Below are positions 20,180-29,430 of a DNA stretch of 53,901 nt, one piece after another. The first letter of the stretch is position 1, and each line of letters opens with the position of its first letter. The position numbers were made by a program, and so were the translations under genes. The stretch spans positions 1 to 53,901 of IMG/VR virus record IMGVR_UViG_3300020045_006418. One strand, 5' to 3'. The notes under the pieces were generated by a model. The model was given only the letters and a program-made list of their open reading frames with translations, had not been told where the DNA came from and searched no databases. This DNA comes from a virus (lineage: Duplodnaviria > Caudoviricetes).

Positions 20180-22462
20180 ATGCAAAGACGGTTCTGGAAT
20201 TGGAAAGACGACGATTTAACCATTGATATAGATCAGTGGTTAATTGGTATTGTAGATAGTGGGAGGTTTAGAGGATTTGATCCGGTGCTGGGAGGTACCA
20301 TGACCTTAACTTTAAATCATGCTACTACAGGAGCTATCCGTGTGGGGATAGACAAGCTCTATACTTCAAAGTTTGGGGTACTGGCTACAAAACAGGGATT
20401 AATTGTACAGGAGTATGATCCTGTAGATTTGGTAGTTCCTACAACACCGTCAGGAAAGTATAGAAAAGGGGTTGTAATTTTTACCCATGAGTATACAACT
20501 GTTGTAGGCGGTCAGGAAGGTCTTTACTCAATTATCTGGAGCGCACTTACTAACGTTGGTGATGATCTGGATTTTCCTGCTCTGGACAGTGAAACCACAC
20601 AAACGATTTTAGGTTATATTACTTTGCCGGAAAATTGTACTGCTTTGAATAATGCAGGAGTGGTTTATACACAAGGAAAAATACCGTCTTTTGCAAATCA
20701 GGCTGATTTTATAGAAAAAACAAACGGATTCTTTCTAACCAATTTAGATGCCAGAAACCACAAAATAGTTAATTTACTTAGCCCTGTTGAGAGTTTAGAC
20801 GCTGCCAATAAGTTGTATGTAGATACGGTGTTTTCGAACATTAAAAAAGCTACAGAGACGTTTTTTGGTATTGTAAGAATTGCTACAACTGCAGAGGCAG
20901 AAGCCGGAACAGATGATGAGGCAGTAATTACGCCTTTCAAATGGGTGAAAGCTTTCATAGCAAATTTAGCGAGTCAATCGGAGGCTAACGGCGATACGGT
21001 GGATAACAAGGCTTTAACGCCTAAAACTCTGGCAAACAGAACCGCTTCTGAGACTAGAAAAGGTGTTGCCAGAATAGCTACAGAAGCCGAAGCAATTGCA
21101 GGTGAGGATGATTTAACGATCATTACACCTTTCAAATTGAGAAAGGCTTTGCCTTTAACTCCTGAGGTTGTAGATCTGGGAGCTTGGGACATGGATACAA
21201 ACGATAGTATTACGATTCCTCACTCATTCGACTGGTGGGATAAAGTTGTATCGAGTGAGGTAACTATAGTTTCTGATATTGCCAAAATATTTAAATTCAA
21301 ACACGAAACCGTAAGCATTGACGCTACGGAAATTTTTGTGGAGAAATTAGCCGGAACTTTTACCGGAAGTGATTTTAACGCATCTACCGGAAATCGTGGA
21401 TATATTGTATTTTGGGTGAAATTAGATATTCCGGATTTTGAAGGATATTTAAATGTGAATGCAGGAGCTGACCAGACAAAAGTTTGGCCGTTTAATACTA
21501 CTTTACCTTTTACAGTAAATTTGGTTGGATTTGTTGAAAGTGGAGGAAGTGCATTAACTGGCATTACTTGGAGTTTAGTGAGTGGTCCTGTTGGAGCTAT
21601 AACCTCATTCTCTGCTCCAACTTCGGCAATTACAAACTTTTTAGCTAATCAATACGGAACTTATACCCTGAAATTAACAGGAACAAACGCTGCTGGATTA
21701 ACTGCAGAGGATAGCATTGTTTTATACATGTCTCAAGCGGCGAATATACCTCCGGTAATTACAAATATTTTAGTTCCATCTCAGGGAACAGCTGTGAGTG
21801 GTGGAAGTACTTTTACAACTGACGGTACAATTGTGGCGACAGATGCCGACGGAGATTCACTTACTTACGCTTTGACAGAAGTAAGAAGTTATGATTCCGG
21901 AACCGGAACAATAGGACCTGATGTGGTAGGTAGTACCGTAGGCATTTCTATAACCGGAAATACTTTTCATTTATCCAATATGGTTGCAACCTCTACAAAT
22001 GGGCAACCGGTAGAGAGTGATGGATCGAGATGGTATTACTTCAAAGTGACCGTTAGTGATGGAAATGGTGGAACTGCAGTTTCTGCTTTCAAAATTAAAG
22101 TGGCTCCAATACCAAACCCGAATCCTTCGTTGACTTTTGCTCCGGATGAAAATCCTGCGCCAAATAGATATACAGGGGCGTTAATTATGAATAACTTTGC
22201 TAATGTTACCAAAGTTACCATGACAATAACGTCATTCTCTGTAAATCCGCCGTTATTATTACTTGGTACAAGTATTTCATCGACTGCTTATGCAGCGAAT
22301 GGTACTTATGTGGTGAATGAGCTTATAAGATCAAACAGTCCTTTTAGTTTTCAGGGTAGGGGATCAGACGAAAGCCAATACTGGCCTACTGTAACCTTTA
22401 AAGCTTTCAATGCAGCGAATCAGGAAATAGGATACGCCTATATGAATTTAGGAACACGATAA
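20180..22462 (+). CDS. tail fibre protein with T4 gp34/gp12-like repeats and Ig/PKD-like domains
   Basis: Repeats ATETFFGIVRIATTAEAEAGTDDEAVITP / ASETRKGVARIATEAEAIAGEDDLTIITP; VNAGADQ..WSLVSGP..GTYTLKLT; DADGDSLTY. Confidence 0.8.
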   Translation: MQRRFWNWKDDDLTIDIDQWLIGIVDSGRFRGFDPVLGGTMTLTLNHATTGAIRVGIDKLYTSKFGVLATKQGLIVQEYDPVDLVVPTTPSGKYRKGVVIFTHEYTTVVGGQEGLYSIIWSALTNVGDDLDFPALDSETTQTILGYITLPENCTALNNAGVVYTQGKIPSFANQADFIEKTNGFFLTNLDARNHKIVNLLSPVESLDAANKLYVDTVFSNIKKATETFFGIVRIATTAEAEAGTDDEAVITPFKWVKAFIANLASQSEANGDTVDNKALTPKTLANRTASETRKGVARIATEAEAIAGEDDLTIITPFKLRKALPLTPEVVDLGAWDMDTNDSITIPHSFDWWDKVVSSEVTIVSDIAKIFKFKHETVSIDATEIFVEKLAGTFTGSDFNASTGNRGYIVFWVKLDIPDFEGYLNVNAGADQTKVWPFNTTLPFTVNLVGFVESGGSALTGITWSLVSGPVGAITSFSAPTSAITNFLANQYGTYTLKLTGTNAAGLTAEDSIVLYMSQAANIPPVITNILVPSQGTAVSGGSTFTTDGTIVATDADGDSLTYALTEVRSYDSGTGTIGPDVVGSTVGISITGNTFHLSNMVATSTNGQPVESDGSRWYYFKVTVSDGNGGTAVSAFKIKVAPIPNPNPSLTFAPDENPAPNRYTGALIMNNFANVTKVTMTITSFSVNPPLLLLGTSISSTAYAANGTYVVNELIRSNSPFSFQGRGSDESQYWPTVTFKAFNAANQEIGYAYMNLGTR

Positions 22463-22478
22463 ATCAAAAATCAATAGT

Positions 22479-22643
22479 ATGAAAACACAATTTGTAATAA
22501 TCGGGGGTTGCATAGTAGGAGCAATAATTGCTTACATACTGTGGAAAAGGAGATCTAAAATATCTCCGGATAAATCAGTAGAGTCAGCAGATGCGCCTGA
22601 CGACGGAGTAATCAGGCCAGACGGTACTCCTATCGGTAAGTGA
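22479..22643 (+). CDS. small single-TM protein (54 aa, absent from the ORF track)
   Basis: MKTQFVIIGGCIVGAIIAYILWKRRSK...PIGK; stop overlaps the next start. Confidence 0.6.
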   Translation: MKTQFVIIGGCIVGAIIAYILWKRRSKISPDKSVESADAPDDGVIRPDGTPIGK

Positions 22644-23014
22644 AAGAGGTAAATCACAGAAAACTGGATTGTTTGATAATAGTAGTGGGTATTGTGATGT
22701 TCGCGTCTCAATACCTGTTATTTGAGTATTACGAAAAGAGTGTTGTCTGGGACGCTTTTTACTATATCAAAGAATACGTAATGTTTTGTTTATTACTGTG
22801 GTATGCTTATAGAACAGTTGAAAGGTTAATTAGTAAGGTGATTGCGTTATTTTCGTTCATATTTGCTATTTTTAGATGTGGTTATGAGATGGGAGTATTT
22901 TTGGGTTATGTGAAACTGAACAGTACTTACAGCCAAAATGTTTTCTATTTTCTATTTATAGTATGTGTATGGGTAGTTTCAGCAATTTATGTAATCCAAA
23001 AAAGACGAAAATAA
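22640..23014 (+). CDS. hypothetical multi-pass membrane protein
   Basis: About 4 hydrophobic segments and a basic C-terminus. Confidence 0.6.
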   Translation: MKEVNHRKLDCLIIVVGIVMFASQYLLFEYYEKSVVWDAFYYIKEYVMFCLLLWYAYRTVERLISKVIALFSFIFAIFRCGYEMGVFLGYVKLNSTYSQNVFYFLFIVCVWVVSAIYVIQKRRK

Positions 23015-23445
23015 TGGTAGGATATGACTCATTGAAAATTATAGGTGCCCTGCTTATGCTAATAAGTGGCGGTATTTTTTACTGGCGGCAATTAAAAGAT
23101 AAGACAGACGATGAGTTAAAGAAGAAAGATGAGGAGTTGGCTAAAGAGATTATCAAAGTAAATACGGAATTAAAAGAATTGGTAAATACAAACGCTAGCA
23201 AAAACCAAAAGGAACTGATGGAGGGCATAGCAAGCGTTTTAAACGGCCAGAGCAGTATAGCTTTACAGGTTGAGAAAGCACTTATGAAAGTGGAAGAACA
23301 CGGGAAGGAGATTAGTAAAATAACCGATAAGCTGGGAAAAGTATCGGATTTGGTTCATGAACTGGATAAGGATGCTGTTCGAAACTATGAGTGGAAAAAG
23401 AGAGTAGAGGACAAATTACAGATGAAAAAACACGAAGGGATGTAA
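23014..23445 (+). CDS. hypothetical protein with N-terminal TM and coiled coil
   Basis: ATG 23014 overlaps the previous stop; IIGALLMLISGGIFYW followed by heptads. Confidence 0.6.
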   Translation: MVGYDSLKIIGALLMLISGGIFYWRQLKDKTDDELKKKDEELAKEIIKVNTELKELVNTNASKNQKELMEGIASVLNGQSSIALQVEKALMKVEEHGKEISKITDKLGKVSDLVHELDKDAVRNYEWKKRVEDKLQMKKHEGM

Positions 23446-23448
23446 ATT

Positions 23449-23481
23449 AAAAATGAGCTAAATAAAAGCTCATTTTTTTTT
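23449..23481 (+). terminator. rho-independent terminator ending the structural/lysis region
   Basis: AAAAATGAGCT-aaataaa-AGCTCATTTTT followed by a T-tract. Confidence 0.75.
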
Positions 23482-23509
23482 GTTTATAAACAAAATTTTT
23501 ATATCTTTA
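23480..23509 (+). promoter_or_regulatory. promoter with palindromic operator
   Basis: Perfect palindrome TTGTTTATAAACAA 23480-23493; TATCTTTA 23502-23509. Confidence 0.65.
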
Positions 23510-23536
23510 CCGTTGATTAATAAACATTTACAAATC

Positions 23537-24172
23537 ATGAAAAAAGAAAATTTTAAGAAGATTTTACAGGACGGAAATGGAGAGATTCCATTGATGGGTT
23601 ACGGATTAACCAAAGGAGTATTTTTGGGAGGAATCGGGATTGGGACCTTTGATTGGGGCTATCATTGTACAGAATCTATAGCTATGGGACGGGAGATTTT
23701 AAAGAAATTTGTACCTCTGGAACAAGTCAAATATTTGGCGGAGGATTTCTCTTTAGTAATCGCCTCTCAATTACCAAGAGGAAATTTTAATGTGATTTTG
23801 AAACTGCAGCAATTTCTGGATGCAAAAGATTACTCCGGAGAAAAACACCTGCATGCTTACAACTTCATCGATATTTATGTGCCTATTGGGAATATAAGAT
23901 TTAGTAAGTTTTTAGACTTTCCAAGCATGAATATAGACAGGGGAGAATTTGAAAGCGACACTGTGGAGTTTAAATTGATTAAAAATATGACTCCTGAGAC
24001 ACTTTCTGCTTATAAGGAGTATATAGTATCCAAAACGAAAAGAAAATCGATTTTAGACGCAGATAAAGAGGTGCATGCTAAAATAGAACTTTTAGAGGAT
24101 AAACTTTTATATGTAGGAGGTGGAGGTACAGAATTACACTATGGACATAAAGCCAATTATTATGAATATTAA
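23537..24172 (+). CDS. hypothetical protein
   Basis: ORF with ATG 23537 downstream of the promoter. Confidence 0.65.
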   Translation: MKKENFKKILQDGNGEIPLMGYGLTKGVFLGGIGIGTFDWGYHCTESIAMGREILKKFVPLEQVKYLAEDFSLVIASQLPRGNFNVILKLQQFLDAKDYSGEKHLHAYNFIDIYVPIGNIRFSKFLDFPSMNIDRGEFESDTVEFKLIKNMTPETLSAYKEYIVSKTKRKSILDADKEVHAKIELLEDKLLYVGGGGTELHYGHKANYYEY

Positions 24173-24527
24173 AAAGGAGGATATAGCCACGTTTCGTGAA
24201 CAGTACGAATTGGCTAAACTGGCAAATGTAGAGGAATTCATTTTCAAGGATGAGCCTATTTTAATGGAGTATGCCCACGGTGTATTGAAGTATTTTGATA
24301 TTTTAAAATCTGCAGGCATGAGTGATGATTGGATAGAAAAGATGCTAGCAAATAGCCAAACTTTGGAATTTGTTCGAAATACTCCTGTGCAAGCCTTAAT
24401 ATTTGCAGTAGTTCCAATATTCGAAAAAGAGCGTGTAATTCTATCCACAAATACGCCGCAAGGACTGTTTCCAATCTACATGGTAGTGGATCAGGATATT
24501 TTAGATGAGATAAAGAAGAATACTTAA
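24162..24527 (+). CDS. hypothetical protein
   Basis: ORF overlapping the previous stop. Confidence 0.6.
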   Translation: MNIKKEDIATFREQYELAKLANVEEFIFKDEPILMEYAHGVLKYFDILKSAGMSDDWIEKMLANSQTLEFVRNTPVQALIFAVVPIFEKERVILSTNTPQGLFPIYMVVDQDILDEIKKNT

Positions 24528-24817
24528 CCATAAATCAATTGTTTAAAAAATAAATAACCATTTATCAAATAACTAATTGAAAAAGTATCATATATGATGT
24601 ATTTTCAACAAGACTATATCATATATCAATAAAGTAAATTTAAACACACCATTTATAGTGTGTTTTAAAGAAATACATTCAACGAGTATGCAAAGATTGG
24701 CAGAATGTTTAAAAACCCCATATTTTAAAGGGGTTCAGAAGGTTTTTTGATTGGTTGAAAAATGAGCTTAGAATATTAATATTTCAATATCTGGAAATTT
24801 TGGAAGGATGAAAGGGT

Positions 24818-24855
24818 TAGTGTATATATATATATTAAAATATATATATACACTA
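24818..24855. repeat. 15-bp perfect inverted repeat containing (TA)n tracts
   Basis: TAGTGTATATATATA (24818-24832) ... TATATATATACACTA (24841-24855). Confidence 0.85.
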
Positions 24856-24905
24856 CCTACCCCCTTTTCGCTTTCCGATTTTATGGCAGAGAAAAGAGAA
24901 AGAAA

Positions 24906-25373
24906 ATGAGGAAAATAAAGGGTTACGAGAATTATTCAATAACCAGAAAGGGTGAGATTATTAACACCAGAACTGGGAGAACATTGAAAAAGCATATATC
25001 AGAGAAGGGATATGCTTATATTTTCCTGAGCAGTAAAGGGAAATCTAAAAAATTTAGAGTTTGCAGATTGGTTTATTTAACATACAAGGGAGAAATATCC
25101 GGTGAGATAAATCACAAAGACAGAAATATTCTAAACGATTCCGTTACTAATTTGGAGGACATAACAGGCCGAGAGAATATTTTGCATTTCATGGAAAATA
25201 AAACCGGATTTACTGGAGTTGTAAAGAAGGGGGAACGGAAGTACAGAGCACGAATTACGGTCAAAGGTAAAATCTATGAGACCACGAGAACCACGGCAAT
25301 TAAAGCCTCCGAGTGGTATAAACAAAAAGCGGAGGAATTAGGTTTGAGTCTAAAGTATGCAAAGACAGCCTAA
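24906..25373 (+). CDS. NUMOD4-HNH homing endonuclease with AP2-like C-terminus
   Basis: IKGYENYSITRKG, INHKDRNILNDSVTNLE, TGFTGV..YRARI. Confidence 0.85.
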   Translation: MRKIKGYENYSITRKGEIINTRTGRTLKKHISEKGYAYIFLSSKGKSKKFRVCRLVYLTYKGEISGEINHKDRNILNDSVTNLEDITGRENILHFMENKTGFTGVVKKGERKYRARITVKGKIYETTRTTAIKASEWYKQKAEELGLSLKYAKTA

Positions 25374-25390
25374 AAAATATTTTTGATATT

Positions 25391-25422
25391 TTGTTTGTAA
25401 TTAAAATATTTTTATATCTTTG
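25391..25422 (+). promoter_or_regulatory. Bacteroidota-type promoter of the replication operon
   Basis: TATCTTTG 25415-25422 with TTTG elements upstream. Confidence 0.65.
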
Positions 25423-25538
25423 CATACGAACTTGAAGCAGATGGGTTGGAAGTAAGCTCTCCGATTTACACCTTTGACTGGTAGGTATTCTGCTTCAAAT
25501 TCTTTTTTAACCATCAGTCAGCTAATCAGTCAAAAACT

Positions 25539-26942
25539 ATGAACTTAGAATTTCAAAAAGAACTACTTCAATTTCTGGCTCAATCCCAAATGGGGAAAAA
25601 GCATATAGAAATCTTAGATACTGACGTTTTCGATACAGAAACTCTTTCGATAGTTTACGGACTGCTGAAAAGTTTTACTTCAAAATACAAAACACAGCCA
25701 TCCCTGCCAAACCTTTTGGAATATTGGGAAAAGCAAGTATCCAAATCAAAAGCCGAAATAGGCAAAGAAGTACACAAAGTAGTTATTGAAACTATTCGGG
25801 AGGCTTATACGCCATTTTCCGGAAATACTGCATTTATGCGTGAGACGATCGTGGAACTTTACCAGATCAAACTCATGAAAAAGGTTTTTACCGATAACTC
25901 AATCGGACTAAAAAACCAAGATCCGGATATTATTTCAAAAGTATTTACCGAAGTATCGAGGATAAAAAAATTAATGGATGAGGACGACGATGATGAGGCC
26001 AATTCTGGAAGATTTGCACTGGCAGAATTCAAAAAAGGCCAGAGAAGCATTATTGAAGCTACCCCTACCTATCTGCATACTTTGAACAAAATGACTTCGA
26101 CCAGAGGATTTTATTCCCCTCAGCTAATCATTTTCATGGGTGCCCCTAAATCATTTAAAACCGGAACTGCACTAAATCTGGCAATCAATTTGACTAGAGA
26201 TGGTGAGCGTGTTTACTACGTGGATTGTGAAAACGGGGAAGACAGGATTCTGGACAGGTTTTATCAGGGAATGCTTGAATCAACTTGGTCAGAGTATTCG
26301 TCTGGGGATCTGGATGATGTTTTGGAGGAAATGGTTGAAAAGTTCAAAGTAATGGGTGGGGATTTTAGAACGGATTATTATCCAGCACATACTAAAAGTA
26401 GTGCTGATGTTCAGGAAAGACTGGAGAAACTGGCTTTGGAGGGATGGACTCCTACGGTGATAATTTGGGATTATCTGGATCTTATGAAGTGTGAGGACAA
26501 ATCGATAAAAGAGAAAAGATTAATTATACAGGCAGTTTATCATGATGCGATTAGATTGCACAAAAGATGGGGTATTTTTGGAATTTCTCCGTCTCAGGTA
26601 AACAAAGAAGCGGTTAACAAAACCGTTATTGATATGACCAATTTCTCTGAGGATTTTGGTAAAGCAGCCAACTGTCATGCAGCGTTTGCTTTATGTAGGA
26701 CTCCTGATGAGAAAGAGGCTGGAGTTATGCGGATTGTTCCGGTAGCCCAGAGAGATGGTGTAGCTCAACACTCAAATTATGCGTGCTTTGTTCGCGTTGA
26801 TGAGGGAAAGATGAGCGTTAAGGAAATAAGCCACTCAGAGTTTGAGGAGGCTGTAAAAGCAGTAAGAGCAGGTAAACCAGTTAAAGAAAAGCCGAAACGT
26901 CCACTGGATGCAAGAGGTGCAAAAATTTTAAAAGATGAGTAA
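25539..26942 (+). CDS. replicative helicase (DnaB/SF4-like)
   Basis: Walker A GAPKSFKT, YVDCEN, IIWDYLDLM, SQVNK, SEDFGKA. Confidence 0.85.
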   Translation: MNLEFQKELLQFLAQSQMGKKHIEILDTDVFDTETLSIVYGLLKSFTSKYKTQPSLPNLLEYWEKQVSKSKAEIGKEVHKVVIETIREAYTPFSGNTAFMRETIVELYQIKLMKKVFTDNSIGLKNQDPDIISKVFTEVSRIKKLMDEDDDDEANSGRFALAEFKKGQRSIIEATPTYLHTLNKMTSTRGFYSPQLIIFMGAPKSFKTGTALNLAINLTRDGERVYYVDCENGEDRILDRFYQGMLESTWSEYSSGDLDDVLEEMVEKFKVMGGDFRTDYYPAHTKSSADVQERLEKLALEGWTPTVIIWDYLDLMKCEDKSIKEKRLIIQAVYHDAIRLHKRWGIFGISPSQVNKEAVNKTVIDMTNFSEDFGKAANCHAAFALCRTPDEKEAGVMRIVPVAQRDGVAQHSNYACFVRVDEGKMSVKEISHSEFEEAVKAVRAGKPVKEKPKRPLDARGAKILKDE

Positions 26943-27285
26943 AAAGATAACAAAAGCAGGTTTGGCTTCGAGATTGGAGCTGGCCGGATATACTACAGCA
27001 GAAGCAAATAAATTTCTAACTACATTCTCAAATATCGTAAGTAAAGAATTATGCTCAGGGAATAGTGTTATTATTACAGAAGTTGGAACATTGGTTTCTA
27101 CGATCAAAGGGGAGAAGGTGATGCAGGTAAATGCAGTAGATAAGAAAATTCCACAGAGAGTGTATGTTAAATTCAGAGTGAGTAAATTTCTGAAAGAGAG
27201 ATTTAAAGCTGAATTCTCTAAAGAGGGAAAAACAAAAGAGGAGCTTAAAAAGCTGGGATCGGCATTTAAAAAAATACTACAGTAA
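26935..27285 (+). CDS. HU/IHF-like DNA-binding protein
   Basis: ITKAGLA, GNSVIITEVGTL and IPQRVYVKFRVSKFLKE resemble the HU fold. Confidence 0.65.
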   Translation: MSKKITKAGLASRLELAGYTTAEANKFLTTFSNIVSKELCSGNSVIITEVGTLVSTIKGEKVMQVNAVDKKIPQRVYVKFRVSKFLKERFKAEFSKEGKTKEELKKLGSAFKKILQ

Positions 27286-27286
27286 A

Positions 27287-28300
27287 ATGTCATTCATAGA
27301 GCCGAGACAGGCTTATACGTATTTCAATAAAAATTACCACATAAAAAAGACTTCGAAAGGGTGGTATGCGTTTAAATGTCCATTCTGTGACGAGCTGGAA
27401 AATAGAAAGAAAGCAGCGGTTAATTTTCAATTCGGAATGGTTAAGTGCTGGATTTGTGGGTACAAACAAAATGTTATAGATTTTGTCTCCGATACCGAGG
27501 GAGTTACTTACAAGGCTGCAAAAGATATTTTGAAAGAATGTACTGCGAGTGATGTTATTCTGGAGGAAATGGAGGATAACAGTCACAAAGTATATTCAGA
27601 GATAAAATTGCCGTACGGATACAAATCTATTTTGGAAGGCGATGGTGCTCTGGGAAAAAGAGCAAGGAACTATTTATCCGGAAGGGGATTTGATTTAAAA
27701 GCATTAGACAGAATGGGAGTTGGTTACTGTAGTGAAATACTTCCTGACAATTTGAAAGATGAGGAGGATGATTATTTTGGGTATATAATCCTCCCTTTTA
27801 AATCTAGGGGAGTTTTGGTTTATTACATAGGCAGGGATTTTATAGGGAATTTTCTAAGATACAAAAACCCGAAAAAAGAGCAGTTCAATGTTGGTAAATC
27901 AGATCTTATTTTTAATGAAGATGCCTTGTACCTGTATGATGAGGTTTTTGTTTTGGAAGGAGCTTTGGATGCCATGACGGTAGGCAGGGAGGCGGTTTCT
28001 ACTCAGGGATGGAACTGGAGTGCAACCCAAAAAAGTAAGATTATAAATTCAGATGCGGAAATAATTACACTGGTTCCGGATGGAGGAGTTGATGGCAGAG
28101 GTGTTCCGTTTTATGTTTTGGCGCTGGAATTGGCTTGCGATATCGCAGAGCATAAACTGGTTAAGGTGGTAAATCTAAATAAGATCGAAGCCGGAAAGGA
28201 TGTGAATGCAATAGGTAAAGATGCTTTTATGGAGGTTTATAACAAGTGCGAACCCATGAGCCAAATGGAATTAATAACACAAATTTTTGATTATGAGTAG
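27287..28300 (+). CDS. DNA primase (Zn finger + TOPRIM)
   Basis: CPFC..CWICG; YLSGRG; VLEGALDA; GKDVN. Confidence 0.85.
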   Translation: MSFIEPRQAYTYFNKNYHIKKTSKGWYAFKCPFCDELENRKKAAVNFQFGMVKCWICGYKQNVIDFVSDTEGVTYKAAKDILKECTASDVILEEMEDNSHKVYSEIKLPYGYKSILEGDGALGKRARNYLSGRGFDLKALDRMGVGYCSEILPDNLKDEEDDYFGYIILPFKSRGVLVYYIGRDFIGNFLRYKNPKKEQFNVGKSDLIFNEDALYLYDEVFVLEGALDAMTVGREAVSTQGWNWSATQKSKIINSDAEIITLVPDGGVDGRGVPFYVLALELACDIAEHKLVKVVNLNKIEAGKDVNAIGKDAFMEVYNKCEPMSQMELITQIFDYE

Positions 28301-29168
28301 AAGGGATCCGACAATACACGTAACGCATAGCTCACTGGTTGAGATCATGAACAAGCTGGCAATAAGCAATAGGATAACCGGTGCCAAAATTGCAGATATG
28401 ATTTTGGAGGAGGCTTATAAATATCAAATAACAGATCGATATTTAGATGTGTTAAAAATGAAAACCAAAGCAAAGGAAAAAGCCGTGAAGTCAATGGTGG
28501 CAGATGATGTTCCACGTGGAACCGTGGAGAAAGTAAACCTTTTGCTTGTTGAGTGCAGAATGGCTATAAACAGCCACATTAAAGCGCGTGGGATAATGCA
28601 GAACAGTAAGGATTTTATCATGCTTAAAGAAGTGGCTAAAATGGCTTACGATTTTACAAAGCATTTTGATATTAGGCCAAGCGAGGACGGTTTGAAGGAG
28701 TACTTAACTATTGGACTTAGTTTCATGGGTAAATACGGACTTAACAAATTCAAAACTTACGACAGTAGTATTTACGAAAATTTCGAAAGTAAAGTAGAAG
28801 TATTGCAGGATACCCACAAAACCGAGACTAGAGAATTTTATATGTGCTGGCAGGCTGAAATGTTGAAACACGTAAGCATAGATGAAATTACATTTTTGGA
28901 CAAGGATTTTGTTAAATACGTTCACATGTTTTACGGAAGGAGAGAAGCTGATAAACACAATGCTCCTTACGCTATTTGGATAGAGGCACAGTTTGCAGGA
29001 CTTGCTTTTGTGAACGCAATACCTGAGATTAATCAGTTGTACGGAGTGAATTCTGTAAAACGATACGGAAGATATATTAACCAAATGATTGAGAACAGAG
29101 AAGCCGAGGAAACTCAGGAGGGAGATGTTTTAAGCATTTATAAAAATTTTGATGATGTTGAAATATAA
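28293..29168 (+). CDS. hypothetical protein in the replication module
   Basis: ~291 aa ORF, no recognisable motif. Confidence 0.7.
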   Translation: MSRRDPTIHVTHSSLVEIMNKLAISNRITGAKIADMILEEAYKYQITDRYLDVLKMKTKAKEKAVKSMVADDVPRGTVEKVNLLLVECRMAINSHIKARGIMQNSKDFIMLKEVAKMAYDFTKHFDIRPSEDGLKEYLTIGLSFMGKYGLNKFKTYDSSIYENFESKVEVLQDTHKTETREFYMCWQAEMLKHVSIDEITFLDKDFVKYVHMFYGRREADKHNAPYAIWIEAQFAGLAFVNAIPEINQLYGVNSVKRYGRYINQMIENREAEETQEGDVLSIYKNFDDVEI

Positions 29169-29169
29169 C

Positions 29170-29430
29170 ATGAATGATTTTAAATTAGAAGGTCCAAAGG
29201 ATGTTCTAAAATTCTATATTTATAGAAAAGAGGTAGCTAAAGTAACTATTGACGTTGTTGAAGGAGTTGAGAGTCTGGCTATAATTGTACAATTGAAATT
29301 AAGTTTCAAACATAGATTGAGAGCTTTGTTTTCCGGAGATTACAGAGATAAGATGTTATGTTTGTGGCAATTGGAAATAGACGAAAGACTGGAATCCAAT
29401 ATAAATGTAAAATTGGTTTTTGTATCATGA
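29170..29430 (+). CDS. hypothetical protein
   Basis: Short ORF coupled to its neighbours. Confidence 0.5.
   Translation: MNDFKLEGPKDVLKFYIYRKEVAKVTIDVVEGVESLAIIVQLKLSFKHRLRALFSGDYRDKMLCLWQLEIDERLESNINVKLVFVS

Noticed and set aside
16334-22462. Diversity-generating retroelement or invertible fibre cassette
   Set aside because: No reverse transcriptase, invertase or template/variable repeat pair was seen; the repeats in 20180-22462 are ordinary fibre protein repeats
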